Shown piece after piece: positions 1 through 15,647 of a DNA stretch of 64,000 nucleotides (within the stretch, counting starts at the first letter, position 1; every line of letters begins with the position of its first letter). The notes beneath the pieces are model-generated. The model was not told the DNA's origin and ran no database searches. It saw only the letters and a list, made by a program, of their open reading frames with translations. This DNA comes from Octopus sinensis. Lineage: Eukaryota. Location: contig NC_042998.1 in the NCBI RefSeq assembly GCF_006345805.1, forward strand, positions 188,914,001-188,978,000, given 5' to 3'. The position numbers and the translations under genes are program-made.

Positions 1-53
1 GTGTGTATGTATGTATGTATGTATGTATGTATGTATGTATGTATGTATGTACT

Positions 54-349
54 CAGGGGTTGGACAAAATAATGGAAACACCTAGCATGATAGCATCATA
101 ATTTTGAAATATCTATAAAACCATCAAAAGCTTGTTTATTTTTGTTTTTTATTTATTATTAATGTTGCTTAATATGTTTTGCTAAAATTGCTGTTTCTTT
201 TCAAATATCATCAGAAAAAGGTAATTAAAATTCATTAAAATAACAGATCTATCGGACTTTCAAAGAGGTCAAATTGTTGTTGCTCGTATGACAGGCACTA
301 GCATAACGAAAAAAAAGTACTGTCTCGAAAGTAATGACAGCCTTTGAGA
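54..349 (+). mobile_element. Tc1-like transposon, left end
   Basis: TIR CAGGGGTTGGACAAAATAATGGAAACACC at 54; degenerate N-terminal transposase (DFQRGQIVVARMTGTSITK..STVSKVMTAFEK). Confidence 0.8.
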
Positions 350-2964
350 AACACAATGTAATGACAGTCTTTGCCTAAATGCAATGCCGTATAATTTTAG
401 GGACGTCTAATATAAATATTTAGATGTTTATATTTGTTAAAATAAGCTGAAATAGGTTACACCCAAATTTGTAATTAGATTGCTAACGTAGCTTTTTTTT
501 CAAACGAATAAGGTGGCTTTTTCCTTTTATTAAACACATCATGAGGTTTTGTTAGGCCGAAATATGTTAATGACTGAATTTTACCGCATTCTAAAACACT
601 GTTACTTATTCAACATGCAAAACCTAGTTCTGCAAGATTTCACCTCAAAAAATGTGTATGTTCAAGCTTTGTATGCGAGACGCACTTGCCCACCTTTCTT
701 TCTGTGATGACAGTACTGCCGCAAGAAATAATTTACGTTGTTGCAAGTTCACGTATTTTTAAAGAAGTGGTTATATAGTCGATGAAGTCGCCGAAATTAT
801 TCTCTTGGTACTTCTCTTAGCGACTTATGGAAGAGTAAAGAACAAAAGTGGAAGTTGCTTCGGCGTGATTTAAACCCAGATTTATAGGGATTGGTGTGAA
901 TACTGGATGGTATTTAGTTTACTGCTCTACCATCATCATTCCACTGCTTTCTAGTCTAAGACTTTATAATAACTAGGCATGAAGCTCGCAGTTTTTAAAG
1001 GAGAACGTTAGTCAATGCCTTGGACCTCAGCCCTTGACTGTTACTTTATTTTACCGACTTCATTACATCACTTATGCCCTAAATACAGCGTACAAGATGA
1101 GGTTCTTCATTAGTCTGAGTAAAACTCAGATCCTGATTCAACCAACTCCAGGAAGGGTCAGCTCTTGATTGCCTGCCTCTAACCTCGAAAGTAACCAGCT
1201 CGATACTATCAAGAACTTTAGCTTGATACTCGATACTATCAAGAACTTTAACTGAAAAGCCAAATCTCGATTACCACTAACATCGTTTCCTAAGTTCATG
1301 CATTTGGGCACCTTCGATTGCAAGCTTTTCAGAACCGAGACATCCGGACCGATGCGAATTTATTCACGTAATCAGTCAGTTCCTATTCCTGACCTTGCGC
1401 ATGCATAAGAAACTTGAATCATCTGACGTTGATATCTTTCTAAAACTGGAATGCTTTTATTAGCGTTGCCTCAGGAATAGCCTCAAGATAATTGGGCGCG
1501 GACTACAAAATGGATATAACATCCTCAAAAAGGTAGAGACCATCAGCGTCGAAGTAACCAACAAAATGAACTGTCTTCAGTGTACAGAACATGTACTTCT
1601 AATGAAAGACCACCAACTTCCCAAGCAAAATCCTTACGTCCAGTTGTGACAAGGAAAACAAAGAAATGGAAAATTACTGAAGCACCTCGAGGATGTCCAG
1701 AAGGCAACACTTATCATCCGCCTTATCTTCCTTATTTGTCTTATCTTCCTTATCTGTCTTATCTGCTTTATTTGTCTCAGATCTCGGAAGCCTTCGGTCT
1801 TGACATGACAACCTGATCTTTTATCATTCATCAAGAAGTGGACCACTTTGAATCATCCTGTCAAAAGGATTGTGAGACCAGGAGTTAGAGAAAAAAACCA
1901 CTACACCAACTGTCGAAATTCCCTCTCCCTTCCGAACTAATCCCACCCAGTTTCAGGGGATCTCTAAGACCCAACTTAATACATCCACTTCATTCACACA
2001 CCAGCAATTCCTGATCTGAAAGACAATCATTCTCAATTTCAAGGGATTATAATGATGTTATTTATATTATCCAACATTCTGAGATATACTGATTTGTCAT
2101 ACAAAACCAAAGTTGTTTTGAAAGAAGATAAAACTTGCAATGCAGTGCTAACAATAATAAATTGACGTGGATATGGTTTCATAAAAAGCAAATAACCGAA
2201 CATCCCAGCAATGTATATCTTCCTTTCAGTTATAACTTTGTAGAAAAAGAACTTTCCAACATGATTCATGTGAAAGAGGGAGTCCGCTAGAAGTAAATTA
2301 GTGAACATAAACGTATCTATATCTCAGTAGACAAAGGATATTGATAGAATATTAAGAGAGAAACTGAACTCATAACATCAGAAGAAATATTATCTGCTTC
2401 GATCTCACTACTCTTGGAGGCCCTCGAAGAGAATGGATGCAGCTCCTACTTTCAGACCAAGGCAAGGAAAACAATACAATTTTAGAACGGACTTTAGCAC
2501 AAAAATTAAATTGCTATGGAGACTGTAATGATCTCTAGGTTGGATGATCTGGATATCATATCAAATATCTGTGAACATGAAGATATTTATGGTCAGCTTA
2601 TAGAGAAACTGAACGTATTATAATCTGATTATAACTTCAAGTTCAGACTAATAATGGCCCACTTTGTTACATTTCTTAATATTTTATGCAGTAGTTTTGA
2701 GAAAGCTGGCATTTTAAAAAGAAAGAAGATTAACGACTGATCCGAATTCAACATAATATATTGATTAGTTGCAATACTAAAAATACGCAAAACTTACTAA
2801 ATTTTCAAATTTTCCCTCAATAGCAACCAATAGTTCGTGTCTTGGAGGATGACTCAAGGCATTTCAATTAATTGAAGTATGTATACTTTCGTCGGTATTT
2901 AAAAGTATATATAAAAGCATTCACATATGTATACAGAAAATATGTTATAGACTGACTTATATAG

Positions 2965-3357
<393 letters not shown>

Positions 3358-3971
3358 TTAAATTCATTATATAAATTTTTATTCACTCTAATTTCAGCTC
3401 AGAGTGTGGCAATGCTGATATATATATATACATATATATATATATAAACACACATACGTACATACATACACATATACATGAATGGATGGATTGATGGGTA
3501 CACAGATGGGTGGATAGATGGGCGAATACGTACACAGACATATATTAATAGGCGTAAATGCAGATAGATAGATATATAGATAAATTTTGCATATTAGGAG
3601 AGAATGTCAATTAATTTATCGTCTATCATTTCTCTTGATTCAGCTACTTTCTCCTTTTCATTCTATTGTTTGCCTTTAACACTTCGTTTACCGAAAAGAA
3701 AACGAAATAATATCTGAACTAAAAAGCTACTTTATGAGGCTAATGAAGAGAGCGGAGAAAAGAGGAGGAGAAGATAGGAGAGCGAAGATAGGAGAAAGAG
3801 AAAATTGAAAGCAATTCGAAACGCTAACAATAAAAGGCGCCGGAATTTATAACCGGTAAGTTATTTTCGTGTCAGTTTTATTCACGTTTTTAACAACGAA
3901 TATTCTTTTATAATGATTTACCCAATTTATCCCCGTTGTTAACTCTTTAAAGACTATTTTCTAAACACAAT

Positions 3972-4011
<40 letters not shown>

Positions 4012-4396
4012 ACACACACACACATACACACACACACACACCACACACACACACATATATATACACACCGCGCGTACGCACGCACGCACACAATTTTGCC
4101 GTCACTTCATATCTCGAATTTCTTTTTCTTCTCATTCTCAACGTATTTAACTCAAGTACGCCCAGTGTTTTCTTATTGTATTTTCTTTCGTGGTGCATTT
4201 TCTGCATCGATTCCATTGTTATTTTATTGTATTTTCTTCGAGCGAAACTATATACGCGGAATGAAGAGAAAATCTTTTGTCGCCATAATACTTCCCAAGT
4301 TTATGGACCAGAATATCCATGAACACCGTGGATGAAATTCAGAAAAAAGAGCTTAACTCAGATGAAAAAATGTAGCGTTATATCTTTAAAGGATCA

Positions 4397-4769
4397 CTAG
4401 CAGTATCGCCCGGTGTTGCTCGGGTTTGTAAGGGAAATAACTATAAAGCATTTTTAGAGAGTTATAGCCAAAAAATAGAAAAAAAATGATGGTAAATTTT
4501 TTTTGAGAGTTAAAAAGGTCGAGTTGCGTCCCCTAGACAGTCTGTGGTTTGTGTTTCTGATTCTCGACCCCATGTCGAATTTATCGAATTTTTTCAGAAC
4601 TGGGGGAACTTTTCAAAATTTTTGCTGCGTTAGTTTTGAATTATGACATTGGGCTATGTGTGTGTCAAGTTTCATCAGAATCGGTTGAAAGCCGTGGTCA
4701 GGGTGAGGGTACAACCTAACAGACACACAGACACGCAGACAGACTAACTGCCGTTTATATAGAGAGAGA
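4397..4769 (-). mobile_element. Non-autonomous Helitron (related subfamily)
   Basis: Shares the ~70-bp 3' terminus (plus strand ACTAGCAGTATCGCCCGG.GTTGCTCGGGTTTGTAAGGG); TC 5' end; different internal sequence. Confidence 0.75.
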
Positions 4770-7700
4770 TTTTTGCCAATATAAGAAAGACGCGCACTGG
4801 TTCTCTTTCACTTCTTTTTATTATTATTATTAGTCAATTCGATAACGAGTTAACTGACTGACGTCTTGATTAAACGATCAATCACTCTATCGATAAGCTG
4901 GTCTGTTAAAACCAGAGTCTGTTCATCGTCATTTACGACCTCATTAATGACATGCCCTCGTTTCTTCAGGGCTTAGATAAACCAATTGATTAAGCGAGTG
5001 ACGAAATACAGTTGCTAAAAGCAGTCTTACTCCCTTACATTTTAACACCAACACCAGATCTGTGTGTGCCTTTAGCGGAACCACTCTGTTGTATGTATCT
5101 GAATATGGTTTCCTTTTTGAAGGCGACTTTACCTCTTTGTACATTTCTTTCTCTATCTAACCCATATAAAAACAAATAGTCTTTCTAAAGGTTGCTCAGT
5201 AGCAGTGCGTCTCAAAGTTTACAACCCTGCTCGCTAACTAGTTCAGTAAATTTAACTTTAGTCTAATTGGATGTGTTGAGTTGTCAGCATTTTTCGTTTG
5301 GAAAATAAAACACCATTAAAATTATTCGATAATCATATCGGCTTCCTTTCTGTAATATGGGTTTTAATGTTCGTCCACTTATATACTGTCTCTCATCTGT
5401 AATATTCCTGCACGTTTGTACAAGGTTCTTCTTGACACGTTATGAAATATACGTTTTTTCGATGAGGCGGGATCAGCTGATTCGATGAGTTTATTATATA
5501 AATCTTACAAGTTTTTTTCTGTATGCTTCTGTTAAAAAAGAATATGCACCATACAGAATAATATAGTTAATACTTGTTCATGTGTATTCGTCTTTTTTTT
5601 TTGTGTCATATTTAAGAAAGAATAGTTATTTTAAAGATTGTTTCATATTCATGAAAATGTTTTATGTTATCCGAAATGTTTTCCCTAATAATATTGTATG
5701 CACTACCTTATCTTGTATCGCAAATTCAGTTCACAACATAACGAACAAAAAGTCAATCAGTCTTGCAATTGTAACGGCTTAATCTCTCTACAAACAAATC
5801 TATGCTGCCTTAAACTCAGAGATCACATGTCCAAATCCTAATTTCAAAAGACATGTTCAAAGACAAGATGTCCAGTGTCATACAAACCAAATTCAATAAC
5901 AAAGGAGTGAATGAATGCATTTTGCTTCAGCAAGAATATATTGTGAATAATTCCTCAATAGACTAACATACTGAGATATATGGACAAAAACGTATTGCTT
6001 ATTTTCTTTATGATTTCCTTTGAAGATTCAATCGGTTCTGTCTGTGTCACAGGTCAGCTCAAGCTAGGCTATCTAAAGCTTTGTAACTATAATAGCTGCA
6101 TGACTAAGAATAATAACACCAGAATGAGTCATCGAATATCTGCCTATTTATGATTGTATCAATACGCACAGAAGCTAAACCCTTTTTCTCCTCTCAACAC
6201 TTTTCTTCTACCAATTCCTGTTCTTCAGCAAATTAAAATAAGGTTCAAATAACTCGATTTTCTTCACATTTCATATTTCTAACGATATAAATGAAACGGA
6301 TATATTTTCAAATGACAGTTTCATTTAGTGTTTTATGTAATTCTTGCTGCATGAAACTTCGTCTTGAATTATTATTCTTTCCGTGGGTGTGCCGACTAGT
6401 CATTAGTAAAACTTTTCAATCGGACAGTACAAGATTTATTGTCGTTTTCACTCAAATAATCTTTAATTTGATGGTTCATTCGTATGAGAATCCTGATCAA
6501 AGTTTTATTTCTAATTTGGCAGTCCAATACTCTATAACTTTCTGTTTATTCGACTGCCTACCTTGAAACCTGACAACTTAAGTGTCTACCTAAATTTCTT
6601 TCTATCACTTAAACACATCACATATACAGACATGAATGTATATAGATATACATGTGTATTTATCTTGCATTTGAAACATCACATATCTGCCTAAATAGTT
6701 AACTTTATATAAATCACCATAATCTGTAATCTTAACTGTTAAAGCTATCTTGTAGACGGATATTAATACAGACAGTTAAGACCTTCCTCTTAAACGAATA
6801 TTTCAGACATTCTGAACATTTATCAATTACAACTCATTACTTCTGAAGTCTGAAAAGCGTTATTTGTAACAATTTTGTTTCACTCTCTTTTTTTGTGGAT
6901 ATACCTCATGTAGTATACATAATTTTACTGTAGTTAAAGTTTCGAAGCTATCTACCAGTAATAGTGATCTAGTGATCCCAGAATCACACGCGTTCTGTTT
7001 CAATGTATAAGACAAAAGATATGTGTTTTATATTTTTTTCATATATTAAAATGTTGATGATACCTAGTTTTGGAGGTGTCAGGTATTTTGTAGGACTTTC
7101 TTTATCAGTGTAAAAACTATTTTGAATAGGTCGATGAATATGATTATTATTGTATTACATAATCCTCTAATAAATAATCATCAAACTTGCTATAAATAAA
7201 ACATGATCACTTATCATATATTATAAATCTTCCTCAATCTATTTGCATTTTCTATAATTGATAGATAATGTCCCCATCAGAGAAGGTGACGGCAGCGCCC
7301 ACAATAATTTTCGAACCCCTGCAACTATTGGGGAAATTATCTTTAAGATCAGTGGCCTAGATTGAATGATTGCAACGTAGTAGTATCTTCTAAAGGCACC
7401 CAATGACCAAGTGATAGTGTTAAAATAGCTGAGAAATCTGCCATCCAAGAGCAAAATCATTTTCTCTGATAAGATTCGACACAGTTTCTGTCAACCATTT
7501 CTTCTGACATGGCTTTGGTTGATCCGAAGCTATGGAACAAGGTGATGCTCAAAATGCGATTAGTGAAATAGAAACCGAAACCACATAGCTATTTTTAACC
7601 TCAGAATCATACGTTGTTTACATCAGTATGGAGTCAAGGTCTATTTTAGGGGATAGAAAAGAGAAGGCCATGACTTCATAAAGGCCATGACTTCATACTG

Positions 7701-8064
7701 TGTTTCAATATACTAAAGGAAATATTTGGAATACTTTCGATTGGAAATTGATATAATGACAATAGTAACTTTAAATCGTGAGAAATATTAATAATTTTCC
7801 TGAAGCTAAACAGAGACGACTGTACCGATTCCTGGAAAATGTCTGTACTTATCTAATCAAACCTGAAGAGAACGGTAATCTAAGTTATAGGAAATAGAGA
7901 AAGTGATGCTGCGGATGAAAATTATGACATTAATTATAGTAATTGAGATTACAATAATTATTTATATTTAATATACCAAGGTAATGTCTTTGTAAAAGAC
8001 TACCCATAGTTAGTTACATAAAGGTCGCTCACTTCGGGGCTATATACTTGTTTATAATAATCCT

Positions 8065-8497
8065 TTCTACTATTGGCACAATGCATGAAATTTTAAGCGA
8101 GGGAGCTAGTCGATTACATTGACCCCAGTGCTCAACTGGTACTTATCTTACTGATGCCGAAAGGATGAAAGGCGAAGTCAGCAACGCCGGCATTTGAACT
8201 CAGAAAAATGACGCCGATTATTTTGTCCGGCACAGTAACGATTTTGCCAGCTCGCCACCTTCTAATTGTATAATAATTATTTCTTTACTACCCACAAGGG
8301 GCTAAACAAGGACCAGACAAAGGGATTAAGTCGATTACACCGACCCCAGTGCGTAACTGGTACTTAATTTATCGACCCCGAGAGGATGAACGGCAAAGTT
8401 GACCTCGGCAGAATTTGAACTCAGAACCTAACGGCAGACGAAATACGGCTACGCATTTCGCCCGGCGTGCTAACGTTTCTGTCAGCTAGCCGCCTTC
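8065..8497 (-). mobile_element. Two adjacent family A SINEs (older diverged copy 8065-8262; younger copy 8278-8497)
   Basis: Both contain the core and the head; both share the flank CCTTCTAATTG. Confidence 0.8.
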
Positions 8498-8987
8498 TAA
8501 TTGGGTAATAATATCCTCCAAACACTTGACCAGAATTCATGTTTAATGTTTATTTTATGAAGTATAACATCTTTTGAACACATCACAGTACATTCAACAA
8601 AATCTAAACTTTGCAATACTCACTTTTCCAGCTTGAGGTAGAAAGGGTTACAGTTCGCATTAATCCAACTTGATGGTTTTATCAGCTGTCTCCGATTAAA
8701 TCCTGCAACGTACGATAAAAGAATTACAATTCAGGTCGTAAATCAGGTTTCGATAACGATTTCATTTGTTTAACTTAATATTTGACAGTTGATTTTTCAT
8801 CTATTCTCCAATATTGTGTCTCTTTCTTTTAAATGTTTGCGTCTAAAGTCAAATACTTTTGTGAATCTGTTGTATGCAAGCGTATCTGTGTAGAAATGTG
8901 TCTTACACTAATACACATTAACACACTTACACGCATGCATACACACTTTTATACAAATATGCACAAGTGTATACATACATATATACA

Positions 8988-9028
<41 letters not shown>

Positions 9029-9077
9029 ATAGATATATATATAAATACATATATTGATAGATAGATAGATAGATAGA

Positions 9078-9116
<39 letters not shown>

Positions 9117-10063
9117 TATATATATGTATATATATATATGTGTATATATATATATATTATATATATATATATATATACATATATATATCTATATATATAT
9201 ATACGCCTACAAACATATACACATGTATACCTATTTATATCTATGCGTGCACTTCGACAGACAAAAATATTAAATCATAATGGAATGTATTTATCTACTG
9301 TTTTTACACTTGATATTATTATTTCTGTATTTATCTGTCAGTCTAGAAATCCTGATATGTTTATATGCCTATCTATGACTCTCTTCTTATATGTATAGAA
9401 GCACACGGACACACATACACACATACACACACTTACATGCATGTATGTATGCATATATATTTATAGAAGTTGGATGGCATTGCCAGAGACAAATGTATTA
9501 CCAAAAAGCGCAACTGCTCTAATGGCGCCGAAATGCCAGTCAATTGCATGCCAAAATCTAATGTATGAAACGAATACAACCTCTCTCGTTCTAATCCTCT
9601 AAGATCACTACGATAATAACCATGATTATTATAAACCAGTTGAGAATAAATGAGCAGCGTGACGTACTGGGCAGTTCTAACAAATAAAATCTTGTTGTCA
9701 GGGGTGCAAACGGTTGAGGAAAATTTAATAGAAATCTGATTGAATCGCCTTCATTTGGATACATGTACAGGTACAGCCTCACAAATTTTTGTCTTTCTAT
9801 CTTTCTTTCGATGGTTTCGTTTTTCCATAGTTTTCTGTTACCTTTCTTATTGAGTCTGGTATCTTGTAGGGCAAACAAGGTTCCACCAATGTATTTTACT
9901 AGTAATGACAGAAGAGAAGTGAGTGTATCTACGTAATAATTTCTCGGGTAACCTTTCTAAACATAAGTATTAAGAGCATTCGAAATATCTGTAATTGGTT
10001 TTCTGATTATTCTAATATATGCATACATATATCTATATCTATCTCTGTGTATGCGCGCGCACG

Positions 10064-10118
<55 letters not shown>

Positions 10119-10119
10119 T

Positions 10120-10151
<32 letters not shown>

Positions 10152-10526
10152 TGTATGTATGTATGTATGTATGTATGTATGCATGTTGGTATGTAGGTAT
10201 TTATACACGTGTGTCTGTCTGTACAATTTAGCATGTTAAATGCATTACTTGTGAGATAGAGGCAATTGGTTGTTATTTAAGAATAAGAGATATCCATCAT
10301 CGGAGAATAAGCGTCATCGATTTGGAATGGTAAAGTATCGGGAGTTACGACTTACACCCAAATCATTTCCATCCGAAATCAATAAGGCTGATCTCCCATA
10401 GATCAGAATTGGAAGCGCTGAAGCGGATTACTGCAACCAGGAACATAATCTCAGCTGCAGTCTAGATTCGACAAGAACTTCCTACCTACAGCAGTCATAT
10501 ATCTATACTTATATATTTTATATATG

Positions 10527-10579
<53 letters not shown>

Positions 10580-10620
10580 ATGAGGGGTTTAGTTGACTTA
10601 TGATATATATATATACATGC

Positions 10621-10675
<55 letters not shown>

Positions 10676-10711
10676 CATATATACATTTACACCCACACGT
10701 ACACACACGTA

Positions 10712-11010
10712 CGAGGGTCCCAGCTGATACGATCAACGGAACAGCTTGCTCGTGAAATTAACGTCCAAGTGACTGAGCACTCCACAGACACGTGTACCCT
10801 TAAAGTAGAGTTCAGGAAGATTCAGCGTGACACAGTGTGACATGGTTGACCCATTGAAATACAGGTACTACTCATTTCTGCCAACTGAGTGGACTGCAGG
10901 AACGTGAAATAAAGTGTCTTGCTCAGGGACACAACGCGTCGCCGGGAATAGAACGCACGACGTTACGATCGTGAGTCGAATGCCCTAACCACTAAGCCAC
11001 TCGCCTTCAC
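10712..11010 (-). mobile_element. SINE family C
   Basis: Reverse complement of 50799-51123. Confidence 0.85.
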
Positions 11011-11187
11011 TACATTGGATGGCGTTCAATCATTAAATAAATATGAAGAAATGCATATTAAATACAGAACATCACCAACGAGCGAAAAATACGTGAACAC
11101 ATGACGAAAGACAAGTACGGGACAAGATACCAAAAAAAGGCTAACTCCGCCTCATAGAATATATGCATACATATACATTCACACCTA

Positions 11188-11422
11188 TACCTATTTCTTT
11201 ACTGCTCACGAGGGGCTACACACAAAGGGGACAAACAAGGACAGACAAACGGATTAAGTCAATTACATCGACCCCAGTGCGTAACTGGTACTTAATTTAT
11301 CGACCCCGAAAGGATGAAAGGCAAAGTCGACCTCGGCGGAATTTGAACTCAGAACGTAACGGCAGACGAAATACGGCTCCGCATTTCGCCCGGCGTGCTA
11401 ACGTTTCTGCCAGCTCGCCGCC
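11188..11422 (-). mobile_element. SINE family A
   Basis: Reverse complement of the 29218-29449 type sequence. Confidence 0.85.
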
Positions 11423-11454
11423 TATACTTACATACATACATACATATATATATA

Positions 11455-11544
<90 letters not shown>

Positions 11545-12129
11545 CGTGTGTGTGTGTGTGTTGTGTGTGTGTGTGTGCGTGTGTAGGTATATATATGGGG
11601 AAATTAATAAGAAAAAAGCGAAAATGCACATTGAATATCAAAAAATAAAGGCTTTTTAATGAAAAGTAACAATAAATAAATACAATTAAATGAACTGTGG
11701 TAGAATTAAGAGGAATTAAATTCATTATTTTGAATTGTTAAAGAGATAGATTCAAAATCAAACCGGTATCGTCATTGATGTTCACTGGCTTTGAATGCGC
11801 ACCGATTATCAAACGGTGTTGGGTCTACTAGTCCCTGAGTAAAAAGATTGTGTAAGGGAGGTAAATAGTTGTGGACGTGGTGCAATTAGGGTCGATATAA
11901 TACTGTAATATGAATGGTGTAAGGAATGCATGGGTGTTAGTGGCATCATTGGTATGGTTAGTAGAGTTCTGTATTATGTTGTGTTCATGTTAAGCTGTGG
12001 ATGATATTTATTGATGAAAGTTGTCTTGTTTGTGACGTCCTGTACCCATATATGCATACATATATGCATATATATGTCAGTATGTACATATATGTATGTA
12101 TATGTGCCTATATATAATTTATTTATATT

Positions 12130-12228
<99 letters not shown>

Positions 12229-12910
12229 CGGAGAGAAACTGTAGTTTGTTATCAGGGAGAAAAATTCCATTATCAATAATAACAAATTACTGATTACTAC
12301 TTGGTAAAATTACTGATTACTTCTTAATTAATTAATTTTACCCTTTGTTATTATTAAAGATATAGATAGATAGATACATACATACAGACACATACTCATA
12401 CATATATACATACACTCACACACACACACTCACACACAGACACACACACACGCACGCACACACACTCAAAGATATCTATATATGTACATGTTCATATTTG
12501 GGCACATATGATTTTTAAAAATTAATATAATTAAAGATCCATCTCTGTGGTTAAATAAATTTAGAAGGTTTTCGGCATTTTAGCCACTACTCTTGATTTT
12601 TGTCCGAGTATTTGTCCTGCAGGCTGCAAAATGGAACCCACAACGATCTGAAACCCATAAAAGTAAACAAAAGAGACAAAGACAGGCAGAAACAAGGAAA
12701 ATGCCTCTTGTTTTTGAATACTATGCAAATATTCTTTTAAAAAACTCTTCATTTAATTTTTCCAAAATTTAATTGTTTTCCATACTTACAGTTGAAAAAG
12801 TCTGAATGACTGAAACCGATACTGAAACGTTTTTTATAAAATTGTTTTAGCATTTTCTACCATGACTTTTTTTTTCGATATATATCGACCTCTGTGTTCC
12901 TTTTCAACCT

Positions 12911-12956
<46 letters not shown>

Positions 12957-13992
12957 TGTTTGTGTGTGTGTGTGTGTGTATTTATATATTATACACTCAG
13001 TATGCTTAAGTATACTGAACTATTTTTTGATCATTAGTATTATTTTATATTACGTGTGAAATGATATGTTAATAAAACTTTTAAGTATTATAATTGAACT
13101 ATGCAGTAATCTACATTTATAGTCATTGTAAATTCTCCTCATGGAACAGGCTAAATTGGAATCTAAAGAATAATTAGAATACCCTAAAATTACGAGTCCT
13201 GTTTCGTGACGCATTTGCCAAAACCATTGTAGAGGCATAACCACACGGTTAAGTATGGTTAAAAACAAACCAGCGAGACAGCTGTTACTCAGTAGTCGAT
13301 CCACTATAAAGAGAAGGGCAAATACTTTCAGTCTATCTTAAACAAAGATATATTAGAAAATGGGATCCCTGATGTACAAACAATCTACGTGGTCTGGATC
13401 AAAGCACTTTTTAGCATAGCTCTGCTTGATCAAGGCTGACATGGGTCAGAAATATAACATATGAATTAATTATATTAATAGATTTCACATAGGATATATG
13501 CTTCCACATATTGAACTGTTAGTGAAATAATATTAGTTTCTATCTGACCAGGAACAAATGTCACCGACCGATACTCACTTCCTTACCCAAGAGACGGTTC
13601 CGTTTCAAAATATGTTATTATATAAAAGATATAAAGTTTGAAATATTTCTGGCACTAATCAGTCTGAAGTAAAAATTTACTATTTATAAAATGTTACTTG
13701 TTTCATTCTATTTTGACTCATACATTTTTGACTGCTGCATACGTTACTATTTATCATTGAAATATACTTAACAGTTAATAAACAATTAAAATATTGTTTC
13801 CATTGAAGGGCATAATTCAACTATTCAAGCGAGTAGTTTCGTCCTTAACAGATGCGACTCACCAGACTAACACACATAGAGGGATTATGAAACTTTAAGA
13901 GGGTATGAGTCAATTAGAAGAATAATGGTTATATCAGAACATCTGTGTGAATAAGCAACAACAGTGTATGATATATGATGTTAGCCTTTCTC

Positions 13993-14030
<38 letters not shown>

Positions 14031-14353
14031 TGTGGCTGTGTGTGTGTGTATGTGTTTGTCTGTGCGTGTGTGTGAGTTAGTTACGTTTTTATCTATCTTT
14101 CTAATTTGGTGGGGGTGTCCTTTTGTTACGTTTTGCTGCACCCTTCACTTTTTCTGAACATTGTCTCTCAATGGAAAGCAATCGTAAGCTTTATAATTAT
14201 CTCTTTTTTACAGATTCCCGCTTCGATGACTTGCGGCAAAGAAATTCGGGATTTGCTGCTACTTTCTTGCAACACTCTTGTACTGTTTTTGATACAGTGG
14301 TTGTTATAGTGGTTACTATGTTTATTATGATGTTGGTTATTGTGGTTATTCTT

Positions 14354-14395
<42 letters not shown>

Positions 14396-15647
14396 ATGGT
14401 GATGGTGATGGTAATAGTAGAGAAAGGGTCCTTTGACGAACATTAGGGATTCATTAGCACATGTTTAGTTCCTAATTTCCTGAAGTTAAATATGTAAGAG
14501 GCAAATAACTCTTCATTTTAGATGCTTTTGGTACTTCTTTACCGTAACAAAAATTATATAGACTATGTAATAAAATGCTGCTGACGAATTTGAGCTGATG
14601 TTCCTTCTGCTACTGGTCCAACGGTTACCCCTAAAACCCTGCACCCTAGATGTACAAAAATGTGGAAATGATGACATTCAGTGTGTTAATGTTGAGAGAC
14701 GCTGCAAAGAAAATATTTATATGGATTATGTTAAGGTAGTTTATCGTCCATCAGCAGAAAGATAATCTCTCACACAAACACTTATGCAAACTCATACCAG
14801 AGTACATAAACATATAAAGGAAAAGAAACCAATAAATGTGCGTGCACATGGTATGATGATACTCACGATTATTCACATTTACGAATAAGTTAACGAGGAA
14901 AATCCTTACAAATATTCGTACTTACACACTTATATATATACGTGCATACATACTTCATACATTCGAGCAACTCCTGATATTCCCCTCAGATCAGCAAAGG
15001 AGTTGCTACACAGTTGTTTAATTTACAAAGATATCAGCCAAATATTCTTCAAATCACATGCATCTGTCTCAAAACAAAAAATGGAGGTCACATTGAATAA
15101 TGTAGCTTTTGGTTCATTATTGGAACACCCATGGTAATAGCCCTCCGGGAAATCTTGAACTGCATTACAATAAAAACAAACCACCTCATGTGCTTATGTC
15201 TATTTGGACAGTACTATACGCATTCAAAATACTACAAACAGCTCTCCGCTTGGTAGAAAAAGTACCAGCAAAAAGGGCTAGAACGGCTATTCGATTCGAT
15301 CCCTGTTCCAAGCTGCGATAGAGCTTCATTTCACAGCTAGATTGAATACATTTAGAGATTATACTATATACAAAATTAATCATAGCATATTCAAGTGTGT
15401 TTGTGTGTACATGTACGTGCACATGTGTATGCATGCATTGATGTTAGTGTATGTCAATGAACGTGTAGTTGAGTAAAATAACGTGGATATCATCTGTGCC
15501 AAACCTGTACAAGAGCGCTGGTTTTCAGCTATAAATATGGCATATGGCGATTATGTGTGCGTATGTGTGTGCATGTATGTATGTATGTATGTATGTATGT
15601 ATGTATGTATGTATGTATGTATGTATGTATGTATGTATGTATGTATG

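Noticed and set aside
12561-12647. Possible minus-strand terminal exon after a polypyrimidine tract and TTTCAG
   Set aside because: No recognisable protein and no partner exons could be linked.
14214-14290. Possible plus-strand exon after TCTCTTTTTTACAG
   Set aside because: No canonical donor and no recognisable product; open frames on both strands are compatible with chance.
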